From contig JBGANV010000001.1 of assembly GCA_044222185.1 (NCBI GenBank), forward strand, positions 1,216,001-1,280,000: DNA of 64,000 bases. The letters run 5' to 3'. Both the position numbers and the translations under genes were made by a program. The stretch comes from Planctomycetota bacterium (GTDB lineage Bacteria > Planctomycetota > GCA-002687715 > CAIWVZ01). Shown one piece after another: positions 18,111-26,066 of this stretch (within the stretch, counting starts at the first letter, position 1; the number at the start of each line of letters is the position of its first letter). The notes under the pieces were generated by a model. It saw only the letters and a program-made list of their open reading frames with translations, was not told the origin of the DNA and made no database searches.

Positions 18111-19169
18111 ATGACGTCACCCGAAGCCCCCGTCGCAGCCAAGCCTCCGCGCATCCGATCGGTCGACTGGCATCGCGGCCTCGTCGTGCTCGTCATGATC
18201 GAGTGCCACGCGCTCGTGTTCCTCGCCAGCGTCCACGACCAGGAACCCGCGCGCGCGTTCCTGAACAACATCAACGGGCTCGTGGCACCATCGTTCTTGT
18301 TTCTCGCGGGCTTTGCATTCGCGTACGTGTCATCGAACGTCGCCGGCGACCCGGTGGCTCGCCGTCGCCGCGCGATTGCCTCGCTCAAGCGAATCGGCCA
18401 GGTGCTCATCGGCGCCACGCTCATGCGGTGTGTGTCGTCGCCCGCGATCACGAATCCGGCACTGAGGTACTGGCTGCAGGTCGACATCCTCTCCTGCATC
18501 GCATACTCGCTCCTCCTGATCTGGGCGCTGTTCCGACTGATCGGCCAGCGGCCGAACCTGTGCGGCTGGATCTGCCTCGTCCTCGGGCTGGGAATCCTCG
18601 GCTGTGCGCCCCTCACGGAGGGCGTCCGCGACGCGGGAGCAATCACGTACTTCCTGAACGGGAGCACGGGGTCCATGTTCCCGGTGGCGCCGTGGGCGAG
18701 CCTGGTCTTCCTCGGCGGCGCTGCCGGCGTCGCCGCGCGTCATGGCGTGCGATGGCATCGGCTGGCATTCGCAGGGTTCGTCGCACTCTTCGGGACGATC
18801 GCGTTCTTCGGAACCGACGTCATGAGCCTGTACTCGTCGCCGCACTCATGGCTCGTCGCCAATGCTTCGGAGCGCATCTGGAAGCTCGCGGCCATCGGGC
18901 TCGTGCTGAGCTTCGTCGAAGGTGCGACGCATGCGACGCCGCGCTTCGCCGACTCGATCGTGGTGCGGTTCGTGACGTTCTTCGGCACCCACTCGCTCAG
19001 CGCGTATTGCGCCCACCTGCTGATGATCTACGGCGCCTGGGGTTTCCATCCGCTGAACCGGTTCCACGGAAGGCTGGAATGGGCGAGCTATGCGGGAACG
19101 GCGGCGGCAATCATCGCGGCGACGTACGTGGTCTGTCGCCTCCTCGATCGGGCTCCGACCGGGAAGTGA
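18111..19169 (+). CDS. DUF1624 / heparan-alpha-glucosaminide N-acetyltransferase-like membrane protein
   Basis: 'RIRSVDWHRGLVVLVMIECH', 'APSFLFLAG', 'DILSCIA', 'FPVAPW', 'GTHSLSAYCAH'. Confidence 0.8.
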   Translation: MTSPEAPVAAKPPRIRSVDWHRGLVVLVMIECHALVFLASVHDQEPARAFLNNINGLVAPSFLFLAGFAFAYVSSNVAGDPVARRRRAIASLKRIGQVLIGATLMRCVSSPAITNPALRYWLQVDILSCIAYSLLLIWALFRLIGQRPNLCGWICLVLGLGILGCAPLTEGVRDAGAITYFLNGSTGSMFPVAPWASLVFLGGAAGVAARHGVRWHRLAFAGFVALFGTIAFFGTDVMSLYSSPHSWLVANASERIWKLAAIGLVLSFVEGATHATPRFADSIVVRFVTFFGTHSLSAYCAHLLMIYGAWGFHPLNRFHGRLEWASYAGTAAAIIAATYVVCRLLDRAPTGK

Positions 19170-19239
19170 TCCCCGCTGGACTCGACTGGCGACGCCGTCG
19201 GGAACGGTTGCGACGGAAGCCGGACCATATCCGCCCAAG

Positions 19240-19268
19240 AAAAAAGGCCGCTCCCTGGGAGCGGCCTT
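19240..19268 (-). terminator. Intrinsic terminator of the HEAT-repeat gene
   Basis: AAGGCCGCTCC-ctg-GGAGCGGCCTT inverted repeat with an A tract on the plus strand (U tract on minus). Confidence 0.85.
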
Positions 19269-19300
19269 CTCTCGAATCCAGGCGGCTGCGCCGCCCTGGA

Positions 19301-21454
19301 TCACTTGACGAGGTCGATGGTGACCTTCTCGCGCGCCATGCGGAGGATGTTCGCACGGGTCTGCGGAGCGATCGGGGCGATGCCTGCGGCCTGCGCCAGC
19401 ATCGTCATGAACTCGTTGGACCCGCCGGCGCGGACCGAATCCCAGAGCGCGTTCTTCGCGTCCTCGGTCACGGTTCCCGCCGCGCGGCCGATGCGCGCGA
19501 GCGCCACGCACGCCGCGCCACGGAGCGGCTCGGCCGCAGTCGTGTCACGGACGAGCTCGACGAGGCCCGCAACCGCCGCCGGATCACCGATGTTGCCGAG
19601 GGCGGCGATCGCCGGTCCACGGACGCGATCATCACCCTTCAGCGTCGACAGCAGGGCGCTCGTCGCGCCGGATGCAGCGAGGACTCCGCCGCGCGGGTCC
19701 ATCTTCGCGAGTGCCGAAGCGGCCGCCGCGGCCGTCAACGTCGCGGCTTCGCGACCGGCATCGAGGCTCGTCACGAGAGCGCGGAGAGCCGGCTCGTACG
19801 CATCGCCGACGGGCGGCGTGTTGATCCAGCCCTGCACCTTGCCTTCGTACTGCGCCTTGGCGGCTTCCGCATCGGCTGCATCGACGATCATGACGACGGG
19901 CGTCTTCTCGGTGCGCGGGTCGCGACGGATCGCCGCGAGCACTTCCGAGACGTGGGTGCCACCGCCCAGGTTGTACCGGACGACGACGATGTCCTCGATC
20001 GGGTACTCGCGCAGGCGCGCGACACCGACCGCACCGTTGTCCACACCCGCCGCGAAGTAGTGCTTCGCGTTCAGGTCCGCCGCAATGCGGTTCCGCGTGT
20101 CGGCGTTGTCGTCGATGACGAGGACGTTGCGCACGGCATCCTGGCCGAGGGCTTCGGCGAGCGCCGGAACGACCTGGTCGCTGCCCGGGAACGCGCTGCG
20201 CGGCCCGATGCCTGCAACCGCAAGGGCCGCCGCAAAGCGAACCGCCTTGTGCGGTGCCGCGAGCGCCATCGCCATGCCCGACGACTGGGGCAGGGTGTCG
20301 ACACTCAGGAGACCGCCGAGGAGCTTCACCGCAGCCGCAGCCACGTCGGAGCGGCCATCGGCCATGGCCTTGGCAATGACCTTGTCCAGGATCGCCGGGC
20401 CACCGACGTTTGCGATCATCCGAGCAGCACCTGTCGCGGCTGCCACCGGCGCCTCGTCTCCCTCGGCCTTGAGGTCGCGGCCGAACTCGGCCTCGGCCAG
20501 CAGCACCGACGTCAGGGCGACGACGCCGTCCTCGTTCGTCGGGTCGAGCGCGAGGAGGTCGTAGAGAGCCGTCTCGGCGAGCTTCAGGTGGTAGAGGTCG
20601 CGCGGGACTTCGCGGGCGACGAGGTTCGAGCTGTCGCCGTCCTTCACGAAGGCCCAGACCGGATACTGCGTCCGGTACGGATTCACGACGGCGGAGTCGC
20701 GCTTGTAGAAGCGGTCGGCGAGTTCGAGGAACTTGGCGGCGTAGCCGGAGTTCGACGCGCCGATCTTCCCGAGAGCCTCCGACGCGGCGGACTTCACGCT
20801 CGGCTCCGCATCGCGCTCGGCGGCTGCGGCGAGGTACGGAACGCCGCGGACGTCCTTCAGGAGTCCGAGCATCGTGGCCGCGTTCATGCGCGTGATCGTG
20901 TCGTCAGCCTTCAGCACCTGCGTGAGCGGAAGCGCGGCATCCGAACCGAGCTTGCGGATCCACAACATCGCGGTCACGCGACGCTCGGTCTCGCTCGCGC
21001 CGAGCTCGCGCCACAGCTGCGCCACCGCATAATCGCCGTGATTCGCGGCCAGGGTGACGAGCGCCTTCTCGCGCGCGGCGAAATCGCCGGTTCGCGCGTC
21101 GTCCAGGAGCTTCTTGATGGCCTCCTGGTCCGCGGTCTTCGCCATGGCGGCCGGGCGGGCGCGCTTGAAGAGGGCCTCGACCGCAGCCGCGATCTGGCCG
21201 TTCTGAACCTGGAGGCGCGCCCATTGGGCCGCATCCAGCGAGTTGCGAAGCGTGTAGGCGTCCTCGGCTGACGGGTCTTTTGCAAGAACCTCGTTGAGCT
21301 TCGTGAGCGCTTCGTCGTTGTGGCCGCGCTCCATGGCCGAGTAGGCCTGCTTCAGTGCCTCCGCCGGGTCCTGCGCGACCAACGCGCTGGGCGCAACAAC
21401 GAAGAGGACCAGCGCAAAAACGGTGGTCGTCGAAAGCGATCCCCGCTGAGTCAT
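19301..21454 (-). CDS. Exported HEAT-repeat protein with an embedded receiver-like domain
   Basis: Signal peptide ending 'LVAQD'; HEAT/PBS repeats ('RMNAATMLGLL', 'AASEALGKIG', 'AIAALGNIGDP'); REC-like 'VLVIDDNADTR..DPRTEKTPVVMI'. Confidence 0.8.
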   Translation of the reverse strand: MTQRGSLSTTTVFALVLFVVAPSALVAQDPAEALKQAYSAMERGHNDEALTKLNEVLAKDPSAEDAYTLRNSLDAAQWARLQVQNGQIAAAVEALFKRARPAAMAKTADQEAIKKLLDDARTGDFAAREKALVTLAANHGDYAVAQLWRELGASETERRVTAMLWIRKLGSDAALPLTQVLKADDTITRMNAATMLGLLKDVRGVPYLAAAAERDAEPSVKSAASEALGKIGASNSGYAAKFLELADRFYKRDSAVVNPYRTQYPVWAFVKDGDSSNLVAREVPRDLYHLKLAETALYDLLALDPTNEDGVVALTSVLLAEAEFGRDLKAEGDEAPVAAATGAARMIANVGGPAILDKVIAKAMADGRSDVAAAAVKLLGGLLSVDTLPQSSGMAMALAAPHKAVRFAAALAVAGIGPRSAFPGSDQVVPALAEALGQDAVRNVLVIDDNADTRNRIAADLNAKHYFAAGVDNGAVGVARLREYPIEDIVVVRYNLGGGTHVSEVLAAIRRDPRTEKTPVVMIVDAADAEAAKAQYEGKVQGWINTPPVGDAYEPALRALVTSLDAGREAATLTAAAAASALAKMDPRGGVLAASGATSALLSTLKGDDRVRGPAIAALGNIGDPAAVAGLVELVRDTTAAEPLRGAACVALARIGRAAGTVTEDAKNALWDSVRAGGSNEFMTMLAQAAGIAPIAPQTRANILRMAREKVTIDLVK

Positions 21455-21579
21455 CGACAGTTTCTCCAGTTCCAAGATGCCGATTCCGATCTTTTTTCCC
21501 GCATGTCGCCCGCGCTCCCGGCTCCGATCACGAAGCCGGTTCTCCGTTGACGGGCGCAGACATCTCACGATGGGGCGAC

Positions 21580-21607
21580 ATTTTAGGACCGCGCAACAAA
21601 GAGTCAA
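21580..21607 (-). promoter_or_regulatory. sigma70 promoter
   Basis: Minus strand TTGACT-16 nt-TAAAAT. Confidence 0.65.
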
Positions 21608-21635
21608 CGTGAAGACGCCGGTCAGGTTGGTCCGA

Positions 21636-22787
21636 TCAGCCCCCCGCGAGCTTCCCGAGCGACACGGGTCGCGTCGCTCCGGTGATCCGCGGCAGGTTCG
21701 ATGGACCGCAAAACAGGCGTTCGTTCCCGAGGACGGCGAACAGTAGCGCCTCCTTGGCGTCCGGGTCGATCCCCACCTCCGAAAGACTGCGAACCGGCGC
21801 GGGGGCCAGGGCCTCGCGGATCCCGTTCATCAGCGCCGCGTTGTGGACTCCGCCTCCGCTGGCAATCACCTGGCGGACCGAGTCGGCGCCGCCGGCGACC
21901 CATCCCAGGGCCCGCCGGATGCTCTCCCCCACGAGCCGTGTGTGTGATGCGAGCAGGTCGCGCCAGGAGATGGAGGGGAACCGCGCACGGATCGAGCGCA
22001 CGTAATCGCCGCCGAACGCCTCGCGGCCGGTCGTTTTCGGGGGCGACGCAAGGAAGTACGGGTGCCCGAGCAGGGCGTCCAGGACGGGTCCGTCGGCAGT
22101 ACCCGCCAGGGCCAGCCGTCCACCGGTGTCCTCCCGCTGGCGCCCCTCTGACGCCTCGGCCGCCAGAAGGTCCAGGGTGACGTTGCACGGCCCCACGTCG
22201 AACGCCGCGACCCCGTCGAGGCCTCCGGGGCACCAGGTCAGCGACGTGATGCCGCCGAGGTTGAGTGTCACCGTTCCGGGAGCATCGCCGAACAAGACGG
22301 CATCCAGGTACGGCATCAAGGGGGCCCCGGCGCCGCCGTGGGCGACGTCGGCAGCTCTGAAATCCCCGATGACAAGGCAGCCTGTCTCCGCCGCGATGAC
22401 GTCCAGGTCGGCAATCTGGAGGGTGGTGGTCGCCACCCCATCCGGCAAATGGCAGATCGTCTGTCCATGACTCGCCACCAGGTCGACGTCTCGGAGACCC
22501 ACGTGAGCCAGGCGCGCGACCTCGCCGGCGGCCGCCGCGAACCGCCGTCCGAGCTCGCGATTCCAACGGCAAACGTCCACGCACCCGACGTCAGGAGCCC
22601 GCAGCAGTGCGTCGCGCAGCTCTCGCTCGAACGGGACCATGGTGAACGCAAGAATCTCGTGGCGGATCCCCAGCCCGTGGCCGCGCACGCGAACGAGAAT
22701 CGCATCCACGCCGTCCATCGACGTTCCGCTGTTGAGCCCGACGATGAGCCGTGATTCCTTGTCCCTCGCACGCTGCCAGCGCTCCAT
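21636..22787 (-). CDS. anmK: Anhydro-N-acetylmuramic acid kinase
   Basis: 'GLNSGTSMDGVDA', 'SHGQT', 'DFRAADVAHGGAGAPL', 'NLGGI', 'FDVGP', 'PPKTTGRE', 'GGGVHN', 'KEALLFA'. SD GGAGGA. Confidence 0.95.
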   Translation of the reverse strand: MERWQRARDKESRLIVGLNSGTSMDGVDAILVRVRGHGLGIRHEILAFTMVPFERELRDALLRAPDVGCVDVCRWNRELGRRFAAAAGEVARLAHVGLRDVDLVASHGQTICHLPDGVATTTLQIADLDVIAAETGCLVIGDFRAADVAHGGAGAPLMPYLDAVLFGDAPGTVTLNLGGITSLTWCPGGLDGVAAFDVGPCNVTLDLLAAEASEGRQREDTGGRLALAGTADGPVLDALLGHPYFLASPPKTTGREAFGGDYVRSIRARFPSISWRDLLASHTRLVGESIRRALGWVAGGADSVRQVIASGGGVHNAALMNGIREALAPAPVRSLSEVGIDPDAKEALLFAVLGNERLFCGPSNLPRITGATRPVSLGKLAGG

Positions 22788-22870
22788 GGGTCCTCCGCCC
22801 CGACCTCGCGTCCGCGTCGGGGCCGGTATTGTAGAAGCGCCGGCGGCTCACACCGCCACGGAGAAAGTTC

Positions 22871-24226
22871 GTGTCAAAAGTCCTGATCGTCGATGACGAG
22901 AAGCCGATCCGCGACGCGGTGCGGATGATCCTGAAGTACGAGTCCATGGAGTGCGTCGATGCGGGTGACGCCCGATCGGCGCTGAAGCTCGTGGACGAGG
23001 ACCAGGAGATCGGAGTCGTTCTCTGCGACGTGAAGATGCCCGGCATGGACGGGCTCGAGTGCCTGGAAGCGATCAAGTCACGCCGGCCGGGGCTTCCGGT
23101 CATCATGGTTTCAGGACACGGCACCGTCGAAACGGCCGTCGAGGCCACGCGGAAGGGTGCCTTCGACTTCATCGAGAAGCCGCTCTCGCGCGATCGCCTG
23201 CTACTGACGCTGCGCAACGCCGCCGGAACCGAGAGCCTGCGGCGCGCGAACGAAACGCTTCGCGAGGAGCTGGCCGCCAGATTCAAGATCCTGGGCTCCT
23301 CCCCGCCGATCGTCGCCCTGCGCGAGACCATCAAGCGCGTGGCGCCGTCCGACGCCCGAGTCCTCATCACCGGTGAGCACGGGACCGGCAAGGAACTCGT
23401 CGCGCGCAACCTCCACCTGCTCTCGGCCCGCCACAACGAGCCGTTCGTCGACGTCAACTGCGCGGCGATTCCGAAGGAGCTCATCGAAAGCGAGTTGTTC
23501 GGCCACGAGAAGGGCGCGTTCACCGGCGCCGACAAGCAGAAGATCGGCACGTTCGAGCAAGCGAACGGTGGGACCATGTTCCTCGACGAGATCGGAGACA
23601 TGGACCTGGCGGCACAGGCAAAACTTCTGCGCGTGCTCGAGGAGAGCAAGGTTCAGCGCGTGGGCGGCGGCGCCCCGATCCCCGTCAACGTGCGACTCAT
23701 CGCCGCGACGAACAAGGATCTGGAGAAGGAAGCGAGCGAGAACACCTTCCGGGAAGACCTCTTCTACCGGCTGAACGTGATTCCCATAAAAGTCCCGCCC
23801 CTGCGGGAGCGGACCGAGGACATTCCTGAGATCTTCCAGCGGTACTTCGGGGACTACTGCCGCCGGTACCAGCGCGCGGGTCTCAAGCTCGAACCCGGGG
23901 TCATCGAAGAGCTGAAGCGCCTCCCCTGGCCCGGAAACGTCCGGGAGTTGCGCAATTTCGCCGAGCGGCTCGCGCTGCTGGGACCGGACCCGGCCATCAC
24001 GGTCGACACCGTCCGCCAGCTGGCCACGGTCAGAACGGCGTCCGACACCGACGTCTTCGCACTCGACAACTTCGAGGCCTTCAAGAACGCAGCCGAACAC
24101 GCCTACCTCGCGCGCAAGCTTCAGGAAAACGGCTGGAACATCAAACAGACGGCCGAGCGGCTCGGCATGCAGCGCAGCAACCTCTACAAGAAGATCGAGC
24201 GATACGACCTTCGTGGACCCGAGTGA
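22871..24226 (+). CDS. sigma54-dependent response regulator (NtrC/NtrX family)
   Basis: REC ('VLIVDDE', 'CDVKMPGMDG', 'EKP'), AAA+ ('GEHGTGKE', 'ESELFGHEKGAFTGA', 'FLDEIG', 'WPGNVREL'), Fis HTH. Confidence 0.95.
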   Translation: MSKVLIVDDEKPIRDAVRMILKYESMECVDAGDARSALKLVDEDQEIGVVLCDVKMPGMDGLECLEAIKSRRPGLPVIMVSGHGTVETAVEATRKGAFDFIEKPLSRDRLLLTLRNAAGTESLRRANETLREELAARFKILGSSPPIVALRETIKRVAPSDARVLITGEHGTGKELVARNLHLLSARHNEPFVDVNCAAIPKELIESELFGHEKGAFTGADKQKIGTFEQANGGTMFLDEIGDMDLAAQAKLLRVLEESKVQRVGGGAPIPVNVRLIAATNKDLEKEASENTFREDLFYRLNVIPIKVPPLRERTEDIPEIFQRYFGDYCRRYQRAGLKLEPGVIEELKRLPWPGNVRELRNFAERLALLGPDPAITVDTVRQLATVRTASDTDVFALDNFEAFKNAAEHAYLARKLQENGWNIKQTAERLGMQRSNLYKKIERYDLRGPE

Positions 24227-24292
24227 GGTCGGACCACGTACGAAGCGTTGCCAAAAAACTCCGTGACGCCTTGTCGCCGGCCGGGGGCGGGC

Positions 24293-24301
24293 TGATATAC
24301 T
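24293..24301 (+). promoter_or_regulatory. Extended -10 promoter of the ExbBD cluster
   Basis: TG-A-TATACT about 60 nt upstream of ATG 24364; GGAG SD. Confidence 0.55.
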
Positions 24302-24363
24302 GCCGCCCGCGATCCTCACCCCGCCAGGTGATCGCATTTCTTGGTCGGCCCCTGGAGTCTTAG

Positions 24364-26001
24364 ATGAACGAAGGCCACGAGCAGGCCCCCGTCCAGCATT
24401 CGCTTTCGGAGATCCTGCAAGACCACACGACCTTCGAGGACCGTGTTCAAAACATGGCACGAGGCGCACCGGTCCTGGTGATCGCCATCATCGTGCACGT
24501 CATCCTTGGCCTCGTACTCGGCATGGTCTACTTCCACGAGAAGGAGAAGGCCGCCGAAGCCGAGCACATGGACGTCGGTCAGGCGAACGCGATCGATACG
24601 ACCAAGATCGAGGAAAAGGCTGACGCGCCGAAGGAGATCGAGCGCACGGCCATCCCACAGGTCGACGAGAACGCGGTCACGGACGTCACGAACGATGACA
24701 GCTTCAACACTGTCACCGACGACACCGTGAACCCGTACGCACAGAACAACGAGCGCTTCGGCGTGTCCGAAGGCGTCGACGACGCGCCGGACAACCTGCT
24801 CACCATGAGCAGCGGCGGCAAGGGCCTCGCTGGCGCCATCGGCGTTGGCAACAGCGGCTCGGGCGCCGGTGGTGGTGCTCGCAAGGGCAGCCCGTTCGGT
24901 GGATCGCGTGTCAGCCGGCGCAACGCACAGTCGGCCCAGCTCCAGCAGACCGAGAAGGTCGTCATGGCCGGTCTCGAGTGGCTGAAGCGGCACCAGAGCC
25001 CGGACGGAAGCTGGGACTGCGACAACTTCGCCTCGAACTGCGACTCGAAGCTCGGGCCAGCGTGCTCGGGTCGCGGTCAGGCAACTTTCGACGCCGGTGT
25101 GTCCGGCCTCGCGCTCCTCGCCTTCCTCGGTGCCGGCTACGACAGCCAGCGGCCGGGCCCGTACCTCGAGACCGTGAAGAACGGGCTCAAGTACCTGAAG
25201 GGCATCCAGGACGCCCAGGGCTGCTTCGGCTCCCAGGGCGACTCGCGATTCACGTACGCGCATGCCTGCGCCACGCTGGCGATGTGCGAAGCGTACGCGT
25301 CGAGCAAGCAAGTTCCCTGGAAGCGCTCGGCGCAGAGCGGCGTCGACTTCATCAACCAGTGCCAGAACCCATACAAGGCGTGGCGCTACGGCATCAAGCC
25401 GGGCGACAACGACTCGTCGGTGACGGGCTGGATGCTCATGGCCCTGAAGTCGGCGAAGGATGCCGGCCTCCAGGTCAACGAGCGCACGATGAAGGACGGC
25501 CTCGCGTTCGTCGACTCGATGACGGACGAGGACACAGGGCGAACCGGGTACACGAAGAAGGGCGAGCCGCCCGTGCGTCCGGAAGGCGCGCAGGCCAAGT
25601 GGCCGGCTTCGGAGTCCGAAGCGCTGACCGCAGTGGCCATGTGCTCGCGCATCTTCACCGGGGCCGCCGACGGCAACCCGATGATGAAAGCTGGAGCCGA
25701 CCTGTTGTCGAAGCACCTGCCGGTCTGGAACGAAGCCAGCGGGTCGATCGACATGTACTACTGGTACTACGGCACGCTCGCCATGTTCCAGATGGGTGGC
25801 AACGACTGGGAGCGCTGGAACAAGGCGCTCAAGACCGTCGTCATCGACAACCAGGTCAAGGATGGCTGCACGAAGGGAAGCTGGGAACCGAAGGACCCGT
25901 GGTGCGATGAAGGCGGTCGAATCTACGCGACGGCCCTCATGACGCTCTGCCTCGAGGTCTACTACCGCTACCCCAAGGTGTTCGGCGCCACGAAGAAGTG
26001 A
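24364..26001 (+). CDS. Membrane-anchored prenyltransferase/squalene-oxidase-repeat (alpha/alpha barrel) protein
   Basis: N-terminal TM containing His, acidic and Gly-rich spacer, QW-like repeats 'GLEWLKRHQSPDGSW', 'GLKYLKGIQDAQGCF', 'DMYYWYYGT', 'GGRIYATAL'. Confidence 0.85.
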   Translation: MNEGHEQAPVQHSLSEILQDHTTFEDRVQNMARGAPVLVIAIIVHVILGLVLGMVYFHEKEKAAEAEHMDVGQANAIDTTKIEEKADAPKEIERTAIPQVDENAVTDVTNDDSFNTVTDDTVNPYAQNNERFGVSEGVDDAPDNLLTMSSGGKGLAGAIGVGNSGSGAGGGARKGSPFGGSRVSRRNAQSAQLQQTEKVVMAGLEWLKRHQSPDGSWDCDNFASNCDSKLGPACSGRGQATFDAGVSGLALLAFLGAGYDSQRPGPYLETVKNGLKYLKGIQDAQGCFGSQGDSRFTYAHACATLAMCEAYASSKQVPWKRSAQSGVDFINQCQNPYKAWRYGIKPGDNDSSVTGWMLMALKSAKDAGLQVNERTMKDGLAFVDSMTDEDTGRTGYTKKGEPPVRPEGAQAKWPASESEALTAVAMCSRIFTGAADGNPMMKAGADLLSKHLPVWNEASGSIDMYYWYYGTLAMFQMGGNDWERWNKALKTVVIDNQVKDGCTKGSWEPKDPWCDEGGRIYATALMTLCLEVYYRYPKVFGATKK

Positions 26002-26066
26002 GCGCGGCTGTCGGTTCTCGCCCTGCCAGGAACTAATCACCCCCACGGCGCTTCGTGGGGTAAGGG

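Noticed and set aside
18203-21271. 1022-aa plus-strand ORF
   Set aside because: Off-frame to DUF1624 and antisense to the HEAT gene; runs through a terminator; no domain signal.
24364-26001. Squalene-hopene cyclase / terpene biosynthetic cluster
   Set aside because: No DxDD motif, single barrel behind a TM and linker, no isoprenoid genes nearby.
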